From: Spongospora subterranea f. sp. subterranea
Taxonomy: Eukaryota
Assembly (NCBI GenBank): GCA_049724395.1
Contig: JAUGWO010000082.1
Span: 1-64,000 of the forward strand
Length of the DNA stretch: 64,000 nucleotides
Direction: 5' to 3'
Shown here: positions 11,852-25,258 of the stretch, piece by piece
How positions within the stretch are numbered: the first letter of the stretch is position 1
Layout of the letters: each line of letters starts with the position of its first letter
The notes under the pieces: generated by a model
Told to the model about the DNA's origin: nothing
The model's database searches: none
Seen by the model: the letters and a program-made list of their open reading frames with translations, nothing else
Position numbers and translations under genes: made by a program

Positions 11852-13728
11852 ATGGCGCCACAGGTCTCATTACATGATAACAATACATCTCCATGGCAGT
11901 CACCGATCAACCCGTCCCTTTCCACCCCGACCAAACTCGATGGCTCGTTTTTGAGCATGTCGGCGGCACCAAGCTCGTCGCTGTTCTCGATATTTGCTCA
12001 GGATACGCTGCCGTTCTCTGATCAAAGCCCCATACCGCCAAAGATGTCAGCCTCTACTCCGGACGATTCATTGCGATCATCACTGTCCATTGCTCGTGCG
12101 GATTTGAACAACTCCGTTTTCCAAATCGAGCATCTCAGGAAATTCGTCATGGACCTTGAGCAAGAAAATGCTCGGTTATTGGCAACGAACAGCGAATTGA
12201 AACAGAAATCGCCACAAATCTCGTCCAGATTCCAAAATAGCATTGCCAAGGACTCAGCGAAATTCACGAGCCAAAATGATGATGTTCGAAATCACGAGCT
12301 GAAAGACCTGCGAGAAGAACTGCTTCAATGTCGCCAAGAATTACACGAAAACAAGGTCAGACATCGACTGGAAAAAATCAGTCTGGAAGCGGATAGAGAT
12401 TCAAAAGCGAGAGAACTGATACGAGTCAGACAGGAATTGGAAGAGATCAATGTTGTCTATAAAGGTATTCTTCCGTTGTTGTTCTCTCGTTTTATATCAC
12501 CGAAACCTGAATCCATCAGGGAAAACCAGGTGTCTTGAGCAGCTTCAAGAGCTCCATAGCAATCAATCGTTGTTGGACGGACAGAATAGGAATGCTGATC
12601 AGTCGAAACTTGTTAAACTCACTGAATATGTGTCGAAATTACGGGACGCGTTGGTCACTGTGAACGCTGCTCTTATCAAGCAGCAGGAACAATCCAAAGA
12701 CCTACAGCTCGCACTTGACACTTCTGAGAAGCTTTTGGGCAAGGTTTGTATTAAGGTTTTCCTATTATGGCGTTTTGCATTTCTGATGTGCCATAGGCGT
12801 CGGAGAAGAATGATGTTTTCCAGAAAGAATTGCAATCGTCTAAAGACGAAATTGTTGAACTTTTAGCCCATATCTCGGAATTAGAATCAAAGCGTTTACA
12901 AGCTGGTGGCGGCAGCGTTCACCAGGTTGCAAAGGATTACTCCGATGCCGTCGCTGTGCCTTCAGCGCAACCTGAGATCCAGCCAGCGAGGGCGTCGACG
13001 CCAACCGACCAGCTCAACGATGTACCGATAACTCGTGTTCTCGCATACAGGGATGTGTCCACATGCACGTTCTCCGATTCGATGGAGTCATCTATACATC
13101 CTGATGCGCTTCAAGAGAAGCTAGAGGCGCTGACTCTGCAGGTGTCGGCTGAGGTTAAACTAATGGCGTTGACTAGGAATATCTCCTGATTTGACTGTTT
13201 AGAGGGCGTTAGTAATCGAACTGCGGAAACATATTCATGACATGGAAGAGAGGGAAAAGGAATCGGAAAAACTTTGCGACCTTCTGCAAAGCGAAATCGA
13301 ATCGTCGAAAAGAAATGCCACAAAATCATCTTGTGAATACGTGTCACATTGTGTTTTTTATCGTAAGTAACTATTTTTATAGCTACGACTGATGCTGAGC
13401 TTGTTGACCTTTGCATGGAGGAATGCAACGAATTGAAAAAGACAAATTCACAGTTGGTCAGATACGTCCTGAATGCTCCCTGCGTTAAATTGTTCATAGG
13501 CTCATAAAAGAATACCAAGCCATGCGAAAGGAATTATCTCGCAAATCGGAAGAGCTACATTCTCTCAGAGTCCAATTATCCCAGCGACAAACCCCTTTGC
13601 AAATTCCACTCTCGACGATCATGTCAGGCGAAGGCACATCTGACTGCAGTACAATCATGAATTGCTCTGGCGATGATCGAATAACTCTGTTTTCCTCCTC
13701 AGTTTCATCACCCATTCTCAGGAAATAG
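11852..13728 (+). CDS. Hypothetical multi-exon coiled-coil protein
   Basis: S/P-rich N-terminus followed by E/L/Q/K heptad-rich segments over successive ORFs joined by ~50-60 nt GT-AG introns (e.g. ~12464-12518, ~12744-12796, ~13142-13202). Start codon uncertain. Confidence 0.6.
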
Positions 13729-14522
13729 TAGAGCACATATCTTCTGTTCATTAATATATTTACAACAATCGAGTCAATTTTGTTCTCGCTATGTTTGACT
13801 CATTAGTAATCCCCACATGATCCATATCATCAGGCTGGAACTGCCTTTTCTTAAGGCAACAGGCCTAGAAGCACCTTACGTGCCTCTATCGCTTGTGCTG
13901 CACGCATTAGCATGCAAAATGCTTCTTGGTCGCCCGATACCGAATTCAGGGTCTAAAACAATTACAATTTGCAGCGCTCCGCTTACCTCACGTGGCCCTG
14001 CCACCTCACCCCAAATCGGGCATCTGTGCTGCCAACGCTCTAGCAACCTCATATATAAATGTGATCTTATACATGAATACGGGCGTTGCATAAATTTCGG
14101 TTGCTGGTATAGTCTGGAACATTCAGTTAATTATCGTTATTATAGTCTATTGGTGAATTGGGTTGTTGGAAGCGCCCGATTCTACAGAAGCTATGCACTT
14201 TTCTTGCTGTACCTACGGGGCCGAATGAAGGCTCCGAGAGTCGTTGGGGAAATTTAACGGTTTTCGAAAAACAAAAAGTAGGAAGAAGCACCAACGAAGG
14301 CGGGACACCCGATTTTTCGAAATGTCAAACACAGCTGTCCTCACAGTTTTATGACGATGATCAAAGTAGCGCCTTGCCAAATTTCATTCGGCAACTCAAC
14401 TCTCTCTGTCTGCAGAAACACCAGGAACAATTCGCTTATGTTTGATGGTTCGGAAATCGTTTGAACTTAGATGGGGTTCATGGACTATCTTAGAGCGTCA
14501 ATATCCTCAGACTGCCATTGGA

Positions 14523-14925
14523 GTCAGTGATGGACTGGCGCTGGTGGTGTATGGCCACGATGTTCTTGTTGGTGACTATTGGTTGGGTTCGCGGCCCTAT
14601 AATGCATGACTAGGGTCCAGTCATGGAATGGTGTCGATGGAGTTTACGTTAGACGGTGATGATGTCGTGTCGTTATGCATCAGCGTATGGTCCACGACTG
14701 GATTCAGTGCGTGGATTGGGGCTGATGGCGTATCGTACGATGTTCATGTTGTCACCTATCGGTTGAGTTCGCAGCCCTACTGATGCATGGTTGAGCCAGT
14801 CATGACGGTGCCGATGGAGTATACGTTAGATGGTGATGATGTATTGTATCGTTATGCATTCCAGTGTTTCTATTGGGGGGTGATGGAGTACACGGCCGAT
14901 GGTGATGATGTAGTATCGTTACGAC
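14523..14925. repeat. Degenerate tandem duplication, ~180-bp unit, ~2.3 copies
   Basis: gatggagt.tacgttaga.ggtgatgatgt occurs at ~14637, ~14814 and (more diverged) ~14882; ggttg.gttcgc.gcccta occurs at ~14581 and ~14761. Confidence 0.75.
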
Positions 14926-15038
14926 ACTCACGTCTAACCATGACTGGTTCATGTTATAAAAGACTATATCCCTTTCCCACTTATCATCACGAACCCACAT
15001 TGACTTTAATATAAAGCGGACGCCACATCGCTATTATC

Positions 15039-15864
15039 ATGATAACGTCTTTATCCCCAATTAGTGCACCAGCGAGGGTCATTCATCATGACCCTGTTGT
15101 TTGCGTTTGCGGATGCCAACTACTGTCCAGGCTCGAATTGGTGGCCCACGTAATGCTTGAACACGGCCAAGTAGCCACACCTAAGCTTCAAATTCTGCAC
15201 CCTAAGCCGATTCGATATCTGGTTGCGTCGCGGATGAACTCAGTTCCAATCGTGCCAGGCCAGTTTCCTGCAGAGAATCAATGTCAAGTTTGTTTAAAGG
15301 AATTCTCAAGTCGCAGCGTCTTGCATACACATGAGCTCATCCACACTGGAGCAAAACCGCATACCTGCGGTCAATGTGGACGAGGATTCACTCAACGTGG
15401 CTCTCTGAATACTCACATGTATGGTCATCGACTCATCACAAAACAGAAGATCGCTAACTGCTAGGTAGGAGAATACATTTAGGCCTAAGACCTTTTTCGT
15501 GTACCATTTGCGGGCGAGCCTTTTCTAGGCGGCTGACTCTTGAAAGGCATCTGCAAACTCATACAGGTATGTGAACGAGCGCTGTCAGACCATATCGTGA
15601 AATTCAGCCATAACAGGAGCGAAACCATATCGATGCCCTGTTTGCGCAAAAGGAATGACAAGGAAACACGTTTTGAAGGAGCACATGAGAGCGTGCCATT
15701 GCGACATCGCTCCATTTCAATGTATCGGTTGTAAAATGGACGTATTTGATGTGGCCTTGCTTGGACAAGTGGTGTCAAACTATCCCGAAACAGAAGTCTT
15801 TCCCGGCCAATCACTGTTTAACGGTCTATGCATCAAGTGCAGTCCTCCAAATGAAGATAATTAA
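15039..15864 (+). CDS. C2H2 zinc-finger transcription factor (4 tandem Kruppel-type fingers), 3 exons
   Basis: [52 protein letters not shown]..; introns 15419-15468 and 15567-15616 (50 nt each) restore the linkers. Confidence 0.85.
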
Positions 15865-15893
15865 TCATACTTTTGGGCTTATTAGATAATATG

Positions 15894-17640
15894 TTAGGGC
15901 TTGCTAAGATAATGTAAGAGCCATGTGAACATATTATCTATGTTTCTTGGAAGACCCTGTTTAAGCATCGTTCTGATGTCAGCCGTCCTAGCAGAAGAAT
16001 TGATTTTGACATCCTTCCGGAAGGGTGTTTTGACCCTCCATGATGGGAGCACTGATCGCTTCGATACTGAACTGCCAATTCCATTTGACCCAATGTGTCC
16101 ATGGGATACACCACTGCATCCATGTTAGATTCCTTCAGCGTTTGGCACTTGCATAGCATGATACCTACATGGATAAGTTTTTCGGTAATGAAAAGGACAG
16201 CAAATCACGGTTTTCATCGTGGCTGATTGGAATTGAATCGGTACGCTGAGGCGCTTTCAGTTGTCGCCTACTCTCCGAATCATCAGTCGAAGTCCTGGTT
16301 TTGCCATGGGTCACATTGTCCATAAGAAGGCTAACAGTACATCCTACCGATAGAACGTTTTCGCCAGCGCATGAGCTGAAAATAACGATTTTAGGAATTC
16401 GTACAGCCAGAGGTAGATAATCCTACATTTATGCCGTTTCGTAAAACTTTCGGAAATAGGTGGAACATCGTCAGCGATAGTTAGATCGACACAATCTTCG
16501 TCTTCAGTTGAACCATTTTGATATTGCGCTGCTGATGCAATTTGCGGTCCTGATTGAAATTGTTGTAATTCTACACGCAAAACTTCATTTTCCCTTTCCA
16601 GGCGCGAGACTGTGCAGGTCATTAGATATTTAACAATCATTGATGTTCTATTTACCTTTCTCTTTGTAAACTGAAGCTTCCTGGGTCAAATTGCTTCCTC
16701 GTTTTTTCAACCTGAGAACCTCGTTAAATATTATTTCTTCGAAGAGTGATGACCAATACTCGTGGTATAAATTAGATGTGTAGGACAACTGTTTCAAAAT
16801 GAATTTCCATCGAACCTCCGCAGGCATGCTTCTACATTGCCTCTCTATTACGGATACATCCAATTTGGGATTCGAAGCACCGCCATCTTGGTTGTTCACC
16901 GCGTCCTGTCCAAACATGGGTCGACTGATTTCGCGCAAAACTCAATGATTCAACTGCTAACATGAATCGCAAGCTTGGAACGCAATTGAAAGATTTGGTT
17001 GTGCAGTACAGTCAATTCCTTGGAATGTTGTGTGGAAGCTTCTGACAGTTGTTCTTGGATCTTAATCATTGATAGAGAAACGGCACTCAGCAACATACAA
17101 AAATGCAGTATCACAATGTACCTCGATTAATCGAAGTTTAGCGACATGAGATTCTGATAAATGTCGCTGCTGGTCGAGTTCCATTAATCGCTTTGCTTGA
17201 GCTAACGCGTTTACTTCGTTCTCTTTCTCAGCAATCTTGCTGTGATAATGCGATAATTTCTCTCGATATTCTTTCTGTGAGAGTATGTAGGACCTATCTC
17301 CGAAGAGCGTGAGTGAAATCAGCTTACAATTTCAGCAACAAGCCTTTCGTCGCAGTTCACACCACTCGTTTTGGTTGACGACAGCGGATCAGACGAACTA
17401 AATGACAAATCTAGGAATATGTTTCTGATATGGCTCCTGTGTACCGGTTGTTTACACAATGGGCAGACTTGTTTATGCTGTATCCATTGGAGAACACTAT
17501 GAACCACGAATTGAACAGATGCTAGCCATTGGCAAATCCACAACTGCGACTAACCAAATGGAATGATACACATGACCACATTTCAGCACGGCTAAGTCAG
17601 AGACCATAACTGATATACAAATGCTGCATTCTGGCGCCAT
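15894..17640 (-). CDS. RING-finger plus coiled-coil E3 ubiquitin ligase, TRAIP/Nopo-like, multi-exon
   Basis: ATG at 17640: MAPECSICISVMVSDLAVLKCGHVYHSIC, intron, VLQWIQHKQVCPLCK...IFLDL, then coiled-coil exons. 3' end approximate. Confidence 0.7.
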
Positions 17641-18509
17641 GCCTCTAGTCAACAAAACGAACACCGTCGGAAGGTCCTGGGCACATGAAAAGCAAAGCTG
17701 GAGATGAGGGGACCCCCAACTTGAATCAGGCCGGGTATGCGTTTACGCCAGGGATTAGGCCGATCAGGCTACAGGAGCAAGCGCGCCAGCATGGCAGCAG
17801 CCCGCCTGACTGCCCGACAGCAGCAGACGCGTGCGTCAGGGTATCATACACTTCACGGTCCACAATACATTCAGCCAGCCATCAGCCGTCTGGTCCAGTA
17901 CGGCTGTACATCAGCAATAGGACTTCAGGCAATGGGTTGGGGTTAGACGTTTGGGACAGAATTCTGATTCCAGATCACGGTCGATTTTTTTCATGACCCT
18001 GCCGGCTCCGGTGACGATGGCACCCGCCTTGCGCCTACTGTCAATGCGCATAAGGAGAGTCAAAATACATGGTTCCAGGACGACCTTGACTAAAGATATA
18101 ATCTGTCAATACAACGTTTTGCTCATTTTCCAGCCGTGGTCGTTTAACCATCCATGGGTAATTGTGTCATATTCGCCGCATTGCGTGTCGGGTGGAAAAC
18201 TGATTACGAAGTGATGGAGGATGTATTAGAAGTATGAACTCAGTCGATGGCTCGGCCGGGGGTTGTGTTGAGACGATGCGTTCCGGTAAAATGGACTTCA
18301 ATGCTTTCACCCAATTGAGCCAAAACACGATTGTGGTGACATCACCCGGTTTAGTGACATGAGTCATTAAATCAACGAGCGCGGCTGAGTCTTGATGAAC
18401 TATTGTCATTTGATTATATTATAGACAAATACATTAGGCTCCTACTCAAACTCTCGCTCCTAACGCAACATTCCGCTACACATAATCGAAACTTTCGAAT
18501 CTTGGAGCG

Positions 18510-19571
18510 ATGAAAACAGAATCGGCGTACGACGAGACCCCCAGTATACAAGAACAACTGGCGAGCATGCGGGCAGAGCAGGAGCGGCTCTGCCAGGTTA
18601 TAGAGGCGCTTACAAAGCGACTACTACCGGCACCCTCGGAAGCGGCCGCGGTTCAGGTGGTGGAGGCAGAGCCAGATGTCAAGGCGACGCGGGAACGGCC
18701 GAACCTTCATCAGGCGCAACGGATCCCAGTTCGCACAGGGCAGTTTAACGCACCGAAGCTGGCGACATGCTCTGCGAACCCGTGGAGCGCGACAGAGGTT
18801 GATACAGCGGTCATGTGGATCAACATGGCTATCTCGACGGTTCGCAGGCTCGAGTACGAGGATCGACGAGACGTCGAGATCTGGATTCGCACGAGGATTG
18901 GGCATAAATCGCTCGTAGAGTTGGTTGCTTCCGCTGAGCGAATGCTTCCAGACGACCCGTACGAAGAGGTGCTCTTGTATGCGCGAGACCGAATTCAGGG
19001 ATCGTTGGAACAGGAGGACGGGAATCGATGGATGGAAGCCGCCTTGGCCGTCCACCAACGACCGGAGGAACTGTTGACGGCGTTCCTCGAGCGGCTGGAA
19101 ACAGCAATTAATGACTTGCAGGCCAATCTGCCGGGTCAAGCAACGACCGAGTTTATATATTTGGTCTACCGGGCCAGCATTGCGGACAAGACAAGGGAGA
19201 TGTTGGAAACGACGTATTTATTTACGAACAGAGCACGCGACCTGCCAGTCGAGGAGCGACTGCGATATTTGCGTTCCTGTCTATACAAGGAACGGCTGCG
19301 CGAGCAACGCGCTGGACGCCGTCCGACGAACGCCAAAACGATAGGATCGGCAGCGACAAACCAGCCCGATGTAGTAGCAGCGGCGATCGGGGCACCACCG
19401 ACGCCACAGTTAACCTGTCGCTGCAAGACATGGGCGAGCGACGAACACGGCTACCGGGATTGCCCGCACGCGATGCGGTCAAGGACCTGTTATCGATGCC
19501 ATGAGCGGGGGCACATCAGGACGGCATGCCCCAAGAAAGAGCAAGTGGACGCGCGGCGAGGACGGCCATGA
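18510..19571 (+). CDS. Ty3/Gypsy Gag (open ORF, 353 aa)
   Basis: Zinc knuckles CKTWASDEHGYRDC and CYRCHERGHIRTAC, directly upstream of pol. Confidence 0.85.
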   Translation: MKTESAYDETPSIQEQLASMRAEQERLCQVIEALTKRLLPAPSEAAAVQVVEAEPDVKATRERPNLHQAQRIPVRTGQFNAPKLATCSANPWSATEVDTAVMWINMAISTVRRLEYEDRRDVEIWIRTRIGHKSLVELVASAERMLPDDPYEEVLLYARDRIQGSLEQEDGNRWMEAALAVHQRPEELLTAFLERLETAINDLQANLPGQATTEFIYLVYRASIADKTREMLETTYLFTNRARDLPVEERLRYLRSCLYKERLREQRAGRRPTNAKTIGSAATNQPDVVAAAIGAPPTPQLTCRCKTWASDEHGYRDCPHAMRSRTCYRCHERGHIRTACPKKEQVDARRGRP

Positions 19572-21930
19572 ACCCACAGGGGGCATCCTGAGGCTGCGGG
19601 GCGGCTGCACCCGCCCCAACCTCCTTCGATCCAGGAGGTCTGCAGAGGCCAGCAACAGATGGGACCATCCTTGTGGAGATCGGAAATCAATTGTTCACCG
19701 CGTTGATTGACACAGGGGCGGATATAAGCATAATCCGACGTCGCGCGGAGCTTCGGGGGAGGGGAGGTCACCCCGGAAGGATGGGCACGGGCGAAGGTGT
19801 CGATTGGCGGAAAAATTACGACGGGGACATTCGTAGTGTTGGACAGGCTCGTTCATGACGTACTCATCGGAAGGGACCTGCTGGCCAAGTGGGGGGCTTT
19901 AATCGACCTGGAGCAAGGTTCGGTTAGACTACGGAAACTGGGAGTGCAGGTGGCATTAAGGACAGCACCGCGAACGGAAGGTGGCGTACTCCGAGTTACT
20001 TGGGCCGATAAGGCGGAGGACAAGGCGTCGACAGTGGGGACGACGGAGTCGGCAGAGAAAACCGACGGGGCGAACGACGTTGACGAAGAAGATGAGCAAA
20101 CAGCGGCTGTGTTGGAGGCCATACATGTCGATTGGGCGTCTTTGGACGACCGGGACCAAACGAGAATCCGACAGTGGATCCGCGCAAACAAAGACCGGTT
20201 CAAGGCAAGGCACAACCGGCTATCGACCACAGAGACTTTCCAGCATCGAATCCCACTGACGGCAGGCGCGGCACCGGTTGCCGGCCCGCCCAGACGGCTT
20301 CACCCAGCAATGGAAGCATACGTGAGCGACAGCGTCAAACAAAGGTGTTGGACATCCGGCCATCATCGAGTCCTTAAGCGGCCGGCATAGTGTTAACACG
20401 GAAGAAGGATGGCACGTACCGGTTCGCCGTGAATTACCGGCTTGAACGACTTGACGGTAGCAGATGCGTATCCAATGCCCAGGATTGACGACGCCCTGTC
20501 AGCGATGGAAGGAGCCAAGTGGTTTTCAGTTTTTGATATGGCTTCAGGATATTGGCACGTGACGGTCACGGACGAGGTAAACCCAAGACAGCTTTCGTGA
20601 CGAGAGAAGGTCTGTTCGAGTGGAACTCGATGCCGTTCGGACTACGATGCGCACCAGCAACCTATTGCCGGTGATGGGCAAGGTGCTGGCCGGGATGAAC
20701 TATGTGGACTGCCTGGTCTATATGGATGACGTGCTGATATTTTCGGCGGACATCGAGTCGCATCTGGACAAGCTGACCAAAGCATTCCTGCGACTTCGGG
20801 AAAACGACCTGATGGTCAACCCGGCGAAGACCCACCTGTTCAAGAGGGAGGTGACCTATCTGGGTCATAAGATTGATGGCGAGGGAGTCAGGGCCGGACC
20901 GGCGACTGATTGAGGCAGTGGCGTCATACCCAATCCCAAGAGACAAGAAGGAGTTGAAAACCTTCTTAGGACTGGCAGGGCATTACCACCACTTCATTCG
21001 CGATTTCGCAGGAGTGTCGGCAACGCTGACAACTATGACGCAAAAGCGGCGGAATGGCGGTGGGATAGAGGACCACCAAGTCGCGTTTGAAGAGCTTCGA
21101 CGGCGGTTGACGGAGCAACCGATTCTCGCCCATCCTGATTTCAATCATCCCTTTATCGTGCAGACAGATTATTCAAGTATTGCAATGGGCGCGGTCTTAA
21201 GTCAACGCGATGAAGCAGGACGCGAGCACCGATAGCATACTTTAAAAAGTGTGTTGGAAAGGAACGTTATTATGCGACAAGAAGAGGCGAAGTCGTGGCA
21301 ATCCGAAGAGCATTAAAAAAATGGCGTTGTTTCCTGGAAGGGCAGCACTTTTTTATTGAAACGGATCACCGGCCATTAGAGTTCTTGCGTAAGGAGAACG
21401 ATGACGCTCAACTAAACCGCATCTGGGAGGCAATGGAGGGCTTCCACTACACACTGAGGTACAAGCCGGGCGTAGAGAATACCAATGCAGACGCACTGAG
21501 CCGGGCGGAGGGATATACTCATGAGGCAGGGGATCCGCTGGTCAATGAAATCACGCAGGACGATAGTGAGGACGATATCATTGACGTCAGCTGGGCAATC
21601 AACAACATTGAGTCTACCGATCGGTCAACAGTCGCATTATGCCAGCGCCAATCGGAGGATGGGACGTGGCGGCCACTCATCGACGCAAAGGTGAACGGCC
21701 AACCTGAGTCGGACTACGCAAGGCGGAAGGACGACCGCACCGCAACATTCCAGGTTTGCATACCGGTAAAGGATCGACCAGCACGGTTGAAGTTGGCTCA
21801 CGACGGATTATTGGGCGCACACCTCGGAGGGCGACGGACGCTGGAAAGGCTGCAGGCGGATGCATACTGCCCAACATGTCACGCGACGCGTCGCGATACG
21901 TTCGCAATTCTCCGGGGTGGTGCAAGAAGG
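19570..21930 (+). mobile_element. Ty3/Gypsy pol pseudogene (PR-RT-RH, truncated integrase)
   Basis: LIDTGADISII; KKDGTYRFAVNY; DAYPMPRIDD; FDMASGYWH; LVYMDDVLIFS; HPDFNHPFIVQTDYS; ETDHRPL; NADALSR; AHDGLLGAHLG. Many frameshifts; no 3' LTR found. Confidence 0.92.
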
Positions 21931-22269
21931 TCATGTACAGTATACTGTATTGAAATTCCGTGTATCCAAGGAATCGAGTTTGAAGGTTTTGCATATCTAA
22001 ACGCAAACGAATAGCTGTACACCTACTGTCTGAACCCGTGGCATGAGATCAGTTGCGCCCCCCCCCTTTCGGCCCTTCCCAACCATTATTTAAGCTATTT
22101 TTAGAAAACAGCGTCAAAAAAATGCGTGGCACAATGGGCTTTGATAGGGGCGATGCGGCCTTTTATTTTAAAAACAAAATTGGCCTCCAAAATGGTACTC
22201 GATGTGATGCACGATGATGCAGATAAATTGCCGCGCACTTTTTCCGACTTCGTGACTCAACCCAAAGAA

Positions 22270-22620
22270 TTTTATCATTAAATGATGACGCAAACGGGAA
22301 TTCAATACAAACAGATTCTATTAACAATGACTCAACCGGGGGTTTTATCATCGATGACGCAAACGGGAATTCAACAGAAGTTCTATTCAACAATGACTCA
22401 ACCGGGGTTTTATCATCGATGACGCAAACGGGAATTCAACAGAAGTTCTATTCAACAATGACTCAACCGGGGTTTTATCATCGATGACGCAAACGGGAAT
22501 TCAACAGAAGTTCTATTCAACAATGACTCAACCGGACGGGAATTTCTATCAACAATGACTCCAATGGGGGTTCAATAATGACCCAATGGGGTTAATCAAC
22601 AATGATCCAACGGGCGGGTT
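22270..22620. repeat. 65-bp minisatellite, ~4 copies plus decayed partial copies
   Basis: tcgatgacgcaaacgggaattcaacagaagttctattcaacaatgactcaaccgg starts at 22351, 22416 and 22481 (period 65); diverged copy at ~22280. Confidence 0.95.
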
Positions 22621-22648
22621 ATCCACAGTGGGTTTTATAAAAAATAAT

Positions 22649-25258
22649 TTACAGAGTTCGCGTCAAAGTGCAACGCTCCTTGCCATTGCACAAATTTCGG
22701 CCGAATAATCGGTGCCTACATTTCTGGGTGGACCAGGCCTCTGTAAAAGCGGCTTGATCTCCCTGGAAATGGCCCGTCAGGCACTCCATCAACGGTCGCA
22801 ACGATTGCGAAAAAACCAACCGGAACGGGTTTGAGAATCGGGCGCTATCAACAGCATGGCATTGCTGCCATATCTCCACCAAAAATTGTAATTTTTGGCT
22901 GGTTTTAAGCTTGCCCAGTTGCGAACGATCGATTTCGAAGTCGCCGAATGTTTGCTGCCGACGTTTCTCTACCGCCTGTGATGCAACCGGCGGCTCATTG
23001 CTGAGGAGGGAGTCACCAACTCGCTCGATCTATACCATAATACACGAATTACTTATAATGGAGTAATTGAGATCAGAACAAGTTACCGATTCAACATTGG
23101 CTACGGCAGCAGCAGTAACTGTTGCAGATTGGCGAACATGTTCTAACATGTCCTCTACAGCGCGGTCGATTTCGACCATCAATTCAGGAATACTCGCCCT
23201 TGCTCTCTGTAGAGCACTGGCGTATCTCTGGAATGGGTCGTCGACGACTTCCTCTCGTTGAAGAATTGCCTGACTTAAAAGTTGGCAGCTAATACCATGC
23301 CCATGATCATCAAATCCCAGGAAGTGCCGCGATTGTAGACGTTGGATATACTCAGAAGCCAAAACAACCAAGCTGCGTAGCTCGTTCCCCGGACGTCGTG
23401 AATGCATGGTCAAGTTTTCTCTGACAACATGCCCGCTTTCAACGAAGACCGGTTGCCATTTTGGCTGTACTCGGCTCACGATGTCGTCACTGGACAAACG
23501 CATTCATTTTCTGCAAATAACCCTGTTAATCGCTTACGGCGTTGTGGCTTTGATCAGATTGATCACGGCTCCCGCATCCTTGTAGTATCGGGTTGCATTG
23601 ACTGTGGCCGCATGGCGAGCTGCTTTCATTGCTTCAATGAGATTTGCGCCATCCACACTGCAAACAGGTATGCGGTTTTTCGCGCGCAATGGACGCCGAA
23701 AGGACCCCCCGAAAGGACCCCGACGACGAAGAAGACGTCGGCAAAGCTCCTGGAAAACCTTGTTGAACTCGTCGTATGTGATCGGCCGCAAATGTTCAAT
23801 CTTTCGTCCACAACTGAACCATCGCTTGCGGGGAACAAGCATCCACTAGTCAGTTGAAGGGATCCAACGTGAGCCAGCAAATGCGAGATAGCATCAAACT
23901 CGGGGACATCGCGGTCACGATGAAGCAAAAGGAGCGACTTCGTGTCGTGGCGCTTCTCCGTTTTGCCATCAACCCAAACGGCCAGCTTCTCCACGACATT
24001 GTTGTTAATCTAAATTCAACAGAAACTATCAACAAGTAATAAAAAAAAAACAGTATTCTGCTATTCGGTATTTTGAATGAAATTCAGAGCAACATATGAA
24101 ATCGATAAAAAAATGCAAAAGTCAAAGGACTTACAACAAAGAACGATTCTTCAAAATCGTTAAAGTCGAGGTTTTTGGCATCGTCGTTGCGCATGAACAT
24201 CTTCACAAACACGATGAATATCGTGTAGACCATGAAAAAGTACGGGTCGTTCTCCTTCATACAGTAATCGCGAAGAATGAGCACCTCAGTCGGAGTCAGT
24301 TGGGTATCCCCATTCGCCCTGTAATCCTTCAAATCCTTTTTGATGCGCTTGAACGCGTTTTCAAAAACCGTCGATTGGGTCGGAACTCCTTTTCGCCAGA
24401 TTAATGGCGATGGCGAATGCCTATCGCATCCGAGTCGGTTGGGAGGAGTCAGCGCACGTTGCAACTGACAATCAGGGCATACTCCCTGATAGGCGCCCTA
24501 TGGTCGAACTTTTGATGGATCGCCTTGAGAGCGGAGCCCATCTGCGTGACGGTTAGATCCAGACGACAGGATTTGAGCACCGAACGTATCCAGTACCGCT
24601 GTCCCATCAGCCCTCTGCAGATGAGTCCCTTCCTCAAGAGTTCGCCAATCAAGATAAAGTACTGAGAAAGAGCAATCAGTTCTGCAAGAAGAAGCCAAAC
24701 GTGGTTCCCTTACGGATTGAGTCAACGTTCATGGCGGGAACGTTTGTGCGGCGCATCCGGCTGCAGGACTATCAGCGACTCGAAGTCCCCAATCAGTCCG
24801 AAGAAATACAGTAGGCCGCGGAGGTGCTTATCGTATGCTCGCTTGGTGCTCTCCTCGACGGCAAGCCCGTCCACCCAACTCTGACTAGGGAGAACCTTCT
24901 GCCGCCTAGTCAAGTTCATACGCGCAAGGACGGCATCGACTCCTGCTTGTACAAGCTCAAGCTGAGCTTGCGAGAGCTTGAACCGCTCCTTGCCAGTTCG
25001 GTCGGGACGAATGGCGCCCACGATCGTACGCTCCATGGCGCAAATGATGGTCTGACGACGGGCCCTGGACCGAGTGGCGGGGCGTTCAGGCGGAGAAGGC
25101 TGCGCAGCAGCGTTCTCCGTTGGTGATGCGTGTGATGCGGCCTGTGATGCGGGTGATGCTCCCTGTGATGCGGGTGATGCTCCCTGTGATGCGGGTGATG
25201 CGGTCATATGTATAGAGGGAAGAAGTGCGTATTTTGTTCCTTTGGATATATGTCTCAA
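22649..25258 (-). mobile_element. Crypton-like tyrosine recombinase gene (intron-containing, frameshifted)
   Basis: YR catalytic residues in order across ORFs: R (MFMRNDD), K (VDGKTE), HxxR (PFGVHCARKTAYLFAVW), H (MKAARH), Y (NATRYYKDA). N-terminal ESTKRAYDKHLRGLLYF helix. No RT nearby. Confidence 0.8.
25122..25203 (-). repeat. 21-bp coding tandem repeat (ASPASQG)n in the YR N-terminus
   Basis: tgtgatgcgggtgatgctccc repeated. Confidence 0.9.

Noticed and set aside
17685..18500. 5' LTR/PBS of the Gypsy element at 18510 and the antisense ORF 18167-18409
   Set aside because: No second LTR copy to define boundaries, no clear PBS, and no recognisable motif in the ORF.
18624..20377. Numerous overlapping and antisense ORFs
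   Set aside because: Shadow ORFs of GC-rich gag-pol sequence; the same applies to 38417-41113 and to those overlapping ELP1.
22270..22620. CRISPR-like array
   Set aside because: Units are identical end to end with no unique spacers, there are no cas genes, and the context is eukaryotic; it is a minisatellite.
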